From: a virus
Direction: 5' to 3' (one strand)
IMG/VR virus record: IMGVR_UViG_3300025096_000004
Location: 64,001-128,000 of that record
Length of the DNA stretch: 64,000 nucleotides
Position numbers and translations under genes: made by a program. The notes beneath the pieces were generated by a model, which did no database searches, had not been told where the DNA came from, and saw only the letters and a list, made by a program, of their open reading frames with translations. This document shows, one piece after another, positions 57,950 to 64,000 of this stretch (the first letter of the stretch is position 1; each line of letters opens with the position of its first letter).

Positions 57950-58560
57950 TGTCAAAAAAGCTTTTAACAGAATATTTTGAATTGTGTCCCGATGGTGCAT
58001 GTCTCGATCTTTTGAACGAAAGAGAAAAGAAAGAGGTCATGGAAGGTGGTATGTATTTAACAGGCCGCATTCAGTCCGCTGATGTTAAAAACGGCAACGG
58101 ACGAAAGTATCCTGAAAAAGTCTTAAGACGAGAAATGGAGAATTATATGAACGTTGTTCGAGACAATAGGGCTACCGGAGAATTGGATCATCCTGATGAT
58201 TCTGTTATTAATTTAAAGAATGTATCTCACATGATTACAGACATCTGGTGGAAGGGAAAAGATGTAATGGGCAAAATCAAAGTTCTTAATACACCATCCG
58301 GCAGAATATTAAAAGATCTTGTAAATGCTGGTGTAAAAATTGGCATTTCTTCTAGAGGTCTTGGTTCTGTCAAAGAACAGATGGGGGAATCGATTGTGGA
58401 AGATGATTTTCAACTAATCTGTTTTGATATTGTATCAGAACCATCCACACCAAATGCTTATGTTTTCCCCAAATCAGATCAGCAGCGCTTCAAGATGGCT
58501 GTGCGCGAAGGAAAAGAAAACAGTATCAACAATTTATTTAAAAAAATATTGAGGGATTAA
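57949..58560 (+). CDS. gp21: Prohead core protease (T4 gp21-like)
   Basis: N.NGR.YP, GELDHP, VSH, TPSG.IL and GISSRG.GS, with DIVSEPS.P.A at the end. Confidence 0.96.
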   Translation: MSKKLLTEYFELCPDGACLDLLNEREKKEVMEGGMYLTGRIQSADVKNGNGRKYPEKVLRREMENYMNVVRDNRATGELDHPDDSVINLKNVSHMITDIWWKGKDVMGKIKVLNTPSGRILKDLVNAGVKIGISSRGLGSVKEQMGESIVEDDFQLICFDIVSEPSTPNAYVFPKSDQQRFKMAVREGKENSINNLFKKILRD

Positions 58561-58563
58561 AAA

Positions 58564-59562
58564 ATGAGCTATTCAAGTGATAAAAAACATAAGTTAATGT
58601 TTGAGAGTTGGAGAAAATTTGTCTCCGAAGAGGCAGATCCAAAGAAAATGTCTGGAGAGGATTTTCCAATGAAACTTGGCGATGTGGGTTCAAAATATAC
58701 ACCCCAACAGGCTAAAAAAATTGCAGTAGGTGGACTTAAGGATGGAGATAAATCAGACGATATTATTAATGCCAAGCCCGGCGGAGGTCCAGTTTCTAAA
58801 CTGAAGCCCTCTCAATCATCAATGAATATCGGAAAAGCTGTTGCTTTTGCAATAGCAGCGATTCTTGAAAACGAACCTTTTCCAACAGGTCCCGGGGGCG
58901 ATTTGGGAGCAATTATAACCAGTGATAATCATATTATGGATGGCCACCATCGTTGGATCGCTAGTGGAATGATCGACCCATCTGCTAAAGTTCAAGGATT
59001 TATAGTAGATTATCCCGCGAAACAATTGATTTCTGTTCTAAATGTTCTTACTCTTCACTTTACAAAAAGTCCCAAAGGAAAACCCGGAGGGGGCAGTTTT
59101 AAAGATTTTAATGAAAAGGCAATCGGAGCGGTATTACAAAAATATGCTGCTGATGGGGTGTGGTCCGCTGGTGATGACCCTGCCATGGTTATGAGCGCTT
59201 TGGAACAATTTACAGGACAAACTGGCGAAGCAGCCGTCCCCCTTGCTGCAAAGAAAATGGCCAAAAACGTAAGTCAATTGACACTTTCTGTTCCTTCTGG
59301 TTTTCCACAGAGAGAAGATATGCCTATCATCAGCGCCAAAAAAGGACACTTGGCCTTGGCAGTCAAATTGTTAAACTCCGGCGCTATTGATGTAAATCCA
59401 CAATATGCTGGAGACACCGGTGAGCCCGGCGGAGTCGTTCCTGATTCTGGGGGAACATATGAAAAAGGCTCCCAAGCTGGCGCTGATTCCGATCAAGCCG
59501 AAAGAGAAAGGAAAATGAGAGACCTTGAAGAAAACAGAAAACGACGAAGAAGAAAAAAATGA
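58564..59562 (+). CDS. ParB/sulfiredoxin-fold protein with type-II leader
   Basis: LKPSQ...AIITSDNHIMDGHHRW; the N-terminus is shared with 59559. Confidence 0.75.
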   Translation: MSYSSDKKHKLMFESWRKFVSEEADPKKMSGEDFPMKLGDVGSKYTPQQAKKIAVGGLKDGDKSDDIINAKPGGGPVSKLKPSQSSMNIGKAVAFAIAAILENEPFPTGPGGDLGAIITSDNHIMDGHHRWIASGMIDPSAKVQGFIVDYPAKQLISVLNVLTLHFTKSPKGKPGGGSFKDFNEKAIGAVLQKYAADGVWSAGDDPAMVMSALEQFTGQTGEAAVPLAAKKMAKNVSQLTLSVPSGFPQREDMPIISAKKGHLALAVKLLNSGAIDVNPQYAGDTGEPGGVVPDSGGTYEKGSQAGADSDQAERERKMRDLEENRKRRRRKK

Positions 59563-59593
59563 GCTATTCAAGTGATAAAAAACATAAGTTAAT
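58564..59593 (+). repeat. 35-nt perfect direct repeat at gene starts (58564-58598 and 59559-59593)
   Basis: ATGAGCTATTCAAGTGATAAAAAACATAAGTTAAT occurs twice. Confidence 0.95.
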
Positions 59594-60458
59594 TTTTGAG
59601 AATTGGAGACGGTTTCTAAAAGAAGACGCCATTGACGATTTCATTAAGGGAAGTGGAAAGGGATTGCATGACTATACCGCTATGCTAAAGAGCATCGCCG
59701 GCGACCCTGAATTCCGTAAATTAGCACTTTCGGGCCGTGACGACAGCGCTGGCCCAGCCGATGAATCAATCCAAGTGCATGGCGGTAAGCCGGTACCAGC
59801 CATCGATTTGGTGCCAACTCAATTTGACATTGATACGGAAAAAAGTCTTGGAGATCAAATGGTTAACCGCTTCAACGGAACTGAGTATGCCTTAGAAGAG
59901 GGCTCTCCAATTCTTATGGGCTCTAAGGAGGGAAGAATTCCTGTATTGGTGTTCGACAATAAATATATTTTAGATGGTCACCACCGATGGTCGCAGGTGG
60001 TTATGACAAACCCCGGCGGCATCATGGCAGTTGATAATTTGTCTGCCCCAGCTTTTGGCTCAGGCCAAGAAGGCGCAGAACTTGCTTTAAAGGCAACACA
60101 GTTGGCCATCGCCGGAATCGCCGGAAATGTTGTCACAAATGACACTGATGTTAATCTTTTAGAAGTAGATGTTGCCACTTTGGAAAAATATGTTTTAAGT
60201 AGAATAAGTGATGAAGTTGTGCAAATGCTTTTTAATGCCGAAAAGATACCCAAAGCGGATAAAAGATTGGCTGCCAAAATGTACGGCAAGAATCTTATGT
60301 TGGTCCAAAGAGCACAAAAGGGTAAATTCCAAAGAAAACTTGGCATGCCTCAAGCCGCCGATTCCGGAACTAACCAAGCTAAAGTCAACAAGGCCCTTGA
60401 ACAAGGTCTTGTCAATTTTGATTCCCCTGAGAGAGATGATATAAAGGGCAAAAAATGA
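59559..60458 (+). CDS. ParB/sulfiredoxin-fold protein with type-II leader (paralogue)
   Basis: LVPTQ...VLVFDNKYILDGHHRW. Confidence 0.75.
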   Translation: MSYSSDKKHKLIFENWRRFLKEDAIDDFIKGSGKGLHDYTAMLKSIAGDPEFRKLALSGRDDSAGPADESIQVHGGKPVPAIDLVPTQFDIDTEKSLGDQMVNRFNGTEYALEEGSPILMGSKEGRIPVLVFDNKYILDGHHRWSQVVMTNPGGIMAVDNLSAPAFGSGQEGAELALKATQLAIAGIAGNVVTNDTDVNLLEVDVATLEKYVLSRISDEVVQMLFNAEKIPKADKRLAAKMYGKNLMLVQRAQKGKFQRKLGMPQAADSGTNQAKVNKALEQGLVNFDSPERDDIKGKK

Positions 60459-60856
60459 ACAAAAATGAATTAAAAAAGATTTTGAAACCTCTGATTAAAC
60501 AGTGCATCAAGGAGGTGATTTTCGAAGACGGCACTCTTTCGAATATCATATCGGAGGTTGCAAAGGGCCTCGGATCTACAACTGTTATTTCCGAGGCTCA
60601 ACCAACTATACAAAAACCAATGCAGCTTGAGTCTGATAGTACAGCAGCAAAGCGTCTAGAAAGGAAAAAACGTATGCTTGATTCTATTGGTAAAGATGCC
60701 TATAACGGCGTTGACTTGTTTGAGGGAACAACCCCAACTACCCAGCCCAAAGAACGGGGCCAAGGTCCCCTTGCAGGAGTAGACCCAAGAGACCCCGGTG
60801 TAGATATATCTAACTTTGGCTCTTTAGGGCACTGGAAGAAGCTGGCAGGAAACTAA
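60455..60856 (+). CDS. Hypothetical head-cluster protein with several I-x-E sites
   Basis: MNKNELKKILKPLIKQCIKEVIFE...IISE; 133 aa. Confidence 0.75.
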   Translation: MNKNELKKILKPLIKQCIKEVIFEDGTLSNIISEVAKGLGSTTVISEAQPTIQKPMQLESDSTAAKRLERKKRMLDSIGKDAYNGVDLFEGTTPTTQPKERGQGPLAGVDPRDPGVDISNFGSLGHWKKLAGN

Positions 60857-60857
60857 A

Positions 60858-61094
60858 ATGAGAAAACGAATACCAAAGAAAAAAAACAATTTAACAATTT
60901 ATCCTCGAAGAAATGAATCTCCAGAAAGACTTGTAAAGAGGTTTAATAAAAAAGTTAAAAAAATGGGAATAATCGATGAAGCAAAAGACCGACGCTATTA
61001 TACAAAACCTTCTGAAAAAAAACGATTGGCGAGAAAACGCGCCATCGCAAGAAGAAAAAAGGAAGAGGCAAAAGCCAAGAGAAGAACTAATTAA
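60858..61094 (+). CDS. rpsU: Phage-encoded ribosomal protein bS21 homologue
   Basis: NES.ERLVKRFNKKVKKMGIIDEAKDRRYYTKPSEKKR matches the bS21 pattern (NE..E.ALRRFK....K.G...E...R..Y.KPS..R). Confidence 0.88.
   Translation: MRKRIPKKKNNLTIYPRRNESPERLVKRFNKKVKKMGIIDEAKDRRYYTKPSEKKRLARKRAIARRKKEEAKAKRRTN
61086..61094 (+). promoter_or_regulatory. ACTAnTTA motif (ACTAATTAA) overlapping the bS21 stop, putative late promoter element
   Basis: Same consensus as the other copies; precedes 61114. Confidence 0.4.
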
Positions 61095-61113
61095 GTTATC
61101 GAGGTAGAACATT

Positions 61114-61509
61114 ATGTCAAAGTATGGTGTAGGCTTAAGAAGTGTTGGCTCTTATCAAGTATCTGGGACCCCTTTTATAACAGGGAGTACAGTCCCAGCA
61201 AACGATGAAGATATCATTTCTTTCCCATATGTTACAAAAAAGGTATGGGTTAAAAATACAAAATCATCGGGGTCCACAAAGGTTATTAGAGTTCACTTTC
61301 AAGCAACCGGCTCTGGAAATGTGATTTCTGGCAAACATTTTGTTGAATTAGCGGCACAAGAGAGTGTAACTCTTGATGTAAAGTGTAGTAAAATATATAT
61401 AACAGTCAAAGCATCAGGCCAGACTTGCGATTATCAAGTTTATGCATCTTTAACAAATATACCAACTGACAGCATGTATACCCTGACAGGATCAGGAATA
61501 ACGGAGTAA
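61114..61509 (+). CDS. Small beta-rich virion protein, tandem paralogue A
   Basis: MSKYGVGLRSVGSYQVSGTP...FPYVT...LTNIP...MY.LTGSGITE. Confidence 0.75.
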   Translation: MSKYGVGLRSVGSYQVSGTPFITGSTVPANDEDIISFPYVTKKVWVKNTKSSGSTKVIRVHFQATGSGNVISGKHFVELAAQESVTLDVKCSKIYITVKASGQTCDYQVYASLTNIPTDSMYTLTGSGITE

Positions 61510-61578
61510 GGAGTGAATTATGTCAAAATATAATGTAGGATTGAGAAATGTTGGCTCTTATCAAGTATCTGGGACCCC
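61143..61578 (+). repeat. 30-nt perfect direct repeat (61143-61172 and 61549-61578)
   Basis: TGTTGGCTCTTATCAAGTATCTGGGACCCC at the same offset (+29) in both paralogues. Confidence 0.95.
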
Positions 61579-61930
61579 ATGGTTAACTGGATCTAGTATA
61601 GCCGCCGCCACAACATATAATGTCTCCGGCGTAGCTGGAGAAATGATGTTGACATTTCCATATGTTACACAAACAGTCACGGTTGTCAACACTTCCGCCT
61701 CTGGGGCCACATTAATTCATTTTGTTTCTTCAAGTTCTCCGGGAAATGTTCACACCAACAAACATTTTATAACTTTAAACGCCGGGGAGTCTATCTCTTT
61801 TGATGTTAAATGTAAAGAAATATTTTTACACAACAACAGTGGGACCCAAACTTTTGAAATGATTGCTGATTTAACAAACATACCAATTCGTCGTATGTAT
61901 GAACTAACAGGATCTGGTATAACCGATTAG
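61520..61930 (+). CDS. Small beta-rich virion protein, tandem paralogue B
   Basis: MSKYNVGLRNVGSYQVSGTP...FPYVT...LTNIP...MY.LTGSGITD. Confidence 0.75.
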   Translation: MSKYNVGLRNVGSYQVSGTPWLTGSSIAAATTYNVSGVAGEMMLTFPYVTQTVTVVNTSASGATLIHFVSSSSPGNVHTNKHFITLNAGESISFDVKCKEIFLHNNSGTQTFEMIADLTNIPIRRMYELTGSGITD

Positions 61931-61943
61931 GAGATGAACACAA

Positions 61944-62432
61944 ATGAGTAATAAAAGTTTTAGCAACCTATCCCCTGTGGGAACTTGGGTTTTAACTGGA
62001 GATGGAAGAATCACTGGCACCCTAACTGTGGAGGGAGCCACAACAACAGTTGAAAGCACAACCATCACCGTTGATGACAAAAACATTGAACTTGGTTCTG
62101 TAGATTCTCCCTCTGATATAACTGCCGATGGCGGAGGTATCACGCTTAAGGGCGCTAGTGACAAAACCATCCTATGGGAGAATGATACAGATGCTTGGGT
62201 GTTCAATCAACACCTCCTCCCCGCTGGCGACGGAGATTTTCACTTAGGCACCGCTGGAATCCGCTGGGGAAACATATATGCCGACGATGTGTATACTGGT
62301 GACCTTCATTTATCAAATGAGAGAGGAGATTGGACTGTTATTGAGGAAGAGAACTATTTAACAATAAGAAATAACAAGAACGGAAAGCGTTACAAACTTC
62401 TTATGGAAGAGCTTCCCGAGGATGAGGATTAA
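61944..62432 (+). CDS. Fibre-type virion protein
   Basis: G.LTV.G.TTTV.STT.TVDDKNIEL module, LG....RW.NIY, and a C-terminal TGDLHLSN.RGDWT..E motif. Confidence 0.65.
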   Translation: MSNKSFSNLSPVGTWVLTGDGRITGTLTVEGATTTVESTTITVDDKNIELGSVDSPSDITADGGGITLKGASDKTILWENDTDAWVFNQHLLPAGDGDFHLGTAGIRWGNIYADDVYTGDLHLSNERGDWTVIEEENYLTIRNNKNGKRYKLLMEELPEDED

Positions 62433-62435
62433 TTT

Positions 62436-62921
62436 ATGGCTGCAACATTAGGATGGGTCAACATACAAGCAGGCACAGCGTCAAGTGTTATAGGCACCGA
62501 TAATGGCCTTGTTTTTAAAATTTCAGGCCAGCAGCTTGAAGCTGCATCTGATATTATATGGGACTCAACTGCCAAAACCCTCACGATCACGGGTACATCT
62601 GCATCATCGACCACTTTAACAATCACTGGCAAAATAACATCGGATGCCATCGCCATAACAAACGATATTACGGCAGCCACTGTCACTACCACTGGCGAAA
62701 TCTATGCCGGCAGTCACTCCAGAACTTTAAGCAATATGGGACAAATTTTAGGTCAAGGAAATGTTTTAACTATTTCTGGAAACGAAGTGGTCCCTGCTGA
62801 TTTTCGAAGTCTAGTGTATGGTCCATTATCGGTATCAGCTAACGCCACATTGGCAATTGGAACTGGCGCCATCATCGCAGTCCGTCCTGACGAAGACTTA
62901 CCAGCTATTTTGCAATCATAA
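62436..62921 (+). CDS. Fibre-type/beta-helical virion protein
   Basis: Thr/Ala/Ile-rich short beta repeats (TLTITG x2); SD GAGGA. Confidence 0.6.
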   Translation: MAATLGWVNIQAGTASSVIGTDNGLVFKISGQQLEAASDIIWDSTAKTLTITGTSASSTTLTITGKITSDAIAITNDITAATVTTTGEIYAGSHSRTLSNMGQILGQGNVLTISGNEVVPADFRSLVYGPLSVSANATLAIGTGAIIAVRPDEDLPAILQS

Positions 62922-62938
62922 TTACGGAGTAAAAATTA

Positions 62939-64000
62939 ATGAGTACACTAAAAGTAAACAACATGAAGGTCTATTCTGGTAGCGATTTGGCCATTGGAGA
63001 AGCTGCTACTGAAATTAAGACAGTTGGGAACACAACCCTTGGTGACAGTAGTAGTAATACTGTCACCTATAATGCTAAAGTTGATTCGGCTGTCATACCA
63101 GACACTGATGGGACTCGTAATTTAGGTTCTTCCACGGCTCGTTGGAATATTTATTCCGCCACATCAACACTGGCCTCTGTAACTACTCCTGTCTCAACAG
63201 ATTTAACACTTGGCTCAACTCAAGATATCATCTTAAGTCCCGGTTCAGGCTTTGGCGTGGGTCTAGGAACATCCGACCCCGCCTCGGGCATGCTTTTACA
63301 CCTTTCAAAGGCTGATTGCCGTGCGAGAATTGAGGCAACAACAGCCGATAACAATTGTCAATTAGACTTTTACAATGCTAATGGCAAATATGCCAATATT
63401 GGAAACAGTATCAATGTTGCTGGTTCGCTATTTGAGATAAACGAAGTTAGCCCAGCCGCTTCGTCAAGAATGACAATTCTCACAGGAGGGAATGTTGGAA
63501 TTGGAACAACTACTCCTACCGCCCTCCTTCATGTAAATGGAGCAACCACAATAGAGGGCGACTTAACTGTCAATGGCACCACTACAACCGTTAATAGTAC
63601 AACACTAACGGTTGATGACAAGAATATTGAATTAAATACGAGCCCAAGTGGTACCGCTGGAACCGATTCTACCGCAGATGGCGGAGGACTTACACTTAAA
63701 GGCGATACCGATAAGACTATCCTTTGGGAGAATGACACAGATGCTTGGCACTACAACCAAGGAATCAACATTACCAGTGGAAAGCTTGGTATTGGAATGT
63801 CAACAGCGCCTACTAGCCAATTGGAGATTGAAGGGTCATCAGGAGACCTTGTCATTGAGATAGACAACAACGCAGCAAACTCGTCCAATTTCAAGATTAA
63901 TAATGGAGCAGGCAACGCCCGTACCGATTTTGTTTTAGATAACAACACCCATGTTACACTAAAAGGTCAAAGAGTTGGTATATTGGATACAAGTCCTTCA
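62939..64000 (+). CDS. Tail-fibre-like protein, truncated by the window end (not in the ORF track)
   Basis: The frame is open from ATG 62939 to base 64000 (354 codons). Contains GNVGIGTTTP and GKLGIG repeats plus a TVDDKNIEL module shared with 61944. Confidence 0.85.
   Translation, partial: MSTLKVNNMKVYSGSDLAIGEAATEIKTVGNTTLGDSSSNTVTYNAKVDSAVIPDTDGTRNLGSSTARWNIYSATSTLASVTTPVSTDLTLGSTQDIILSPGSGFGVGLGTSDPASGMLLHLSKADCRARIEATTADNNCQLDFYNANGKYANIGNSINVAGSLFEINEVSPAASSRMTILTGGNVGIGTTTPTALLHVNGATTIEGDLTVNGTTTTVNSTTLTVDDKNIELNTSPSGTAGTDSTADGGGLTLKGDTDKTILWENDTDAWHYNQGINITSGKLGIGMSTAPTSQLEIEGSSGDLVIEIDNNAANSSNFKINNGAGNARTDFVLDNNTHVTLKGQRVGILDTSPS

Noticed and set aside
1980-62880. Apparent frequent GGCGCC/GCCGCC words in an AT-rich genome
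   Set aside because: They fall on Gly/Ala codon pairs in linkers. Enrichment cannot be established without a codon-aware count.
737-63948. All minus-strand ORFs and short alternative-frame plus-strand ORFs in the track (for example 4810..5154, 54714..55166, 45884..46321)
   Set aside because: They lie within long, motif-bearing + strand genes, lack SD sites or recognisable domains, and have shadow-like composition.
1-64000. Stop-codon reassignment (alternative genetic code), as seen in some large phages
   Set aside because: Very long ORFs are intact under the standard code, and TAA, TAG and TGA all terminate well-defined genes.
1-64000. tRNA/rRNA genes, introns, inteins, DGR/retron and IS elements
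   Set aside because: There is almost no non-coding space, no reverse transcriptase, transposase or homing-endonuclease motif, and the terminase, primase and portal have no evident insertion.

Overview
The window is a ~64 kb, AT-rich, almost fully coding segment of a large T4-superfamily-like tailed dsDNA phage, probably a jumbo myovirus. Every credible gene is on the + strand and reads in the standard code. Gene order: sigma-70-family (gp55-like) sigma factor; three tandem paralogues sharing a gp5/gpV-like OB-type N-terminus but carrying different peptidoglycan modules (SLT transglycosylase, M15/VanY peptidase, OmpA-like binder); a separate HxH spike-like gene; a 2502-aa orphan; baseplate gp25 and gp6; giant LamG-bearing and other tail/baseplate proteins; an embedded DNA-metabolism island (RuvC-like resolvase, primase, stand-alone Smr, single-chain Mre11-Rad50) driven by near-perfect sigma-70 promoters that appear to give leaderless mRNAs; a possible lysis cassette; an array of small genes sharing an MKLTKEQLxxIIKEE leader; terminase; portal; prohead protease; two ParB/Srx-fold paralogues with a second shared leader; a phage bS21; and decoration/fibre genes running off the right end. 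I found no tRNA, rRNA, CRISPR array, reverse transcriptase or transposase. The best candidates for undescribed systems are (1) the split, triplicated spike with three different cell-wall modules, (2) leader-tagged putative internal-head cargo proteins (an analogue of the T4 capsid-targeting sequence) and (3) a two-tier expression scheme with leaderless sigma-70 genes, SD-led structural genes behind an ACTAnTTA motif, phage bS21, and a small-ORF/terminator element upstream of the protease. All functional calls come from motif recognition by eye; no database searches were run.
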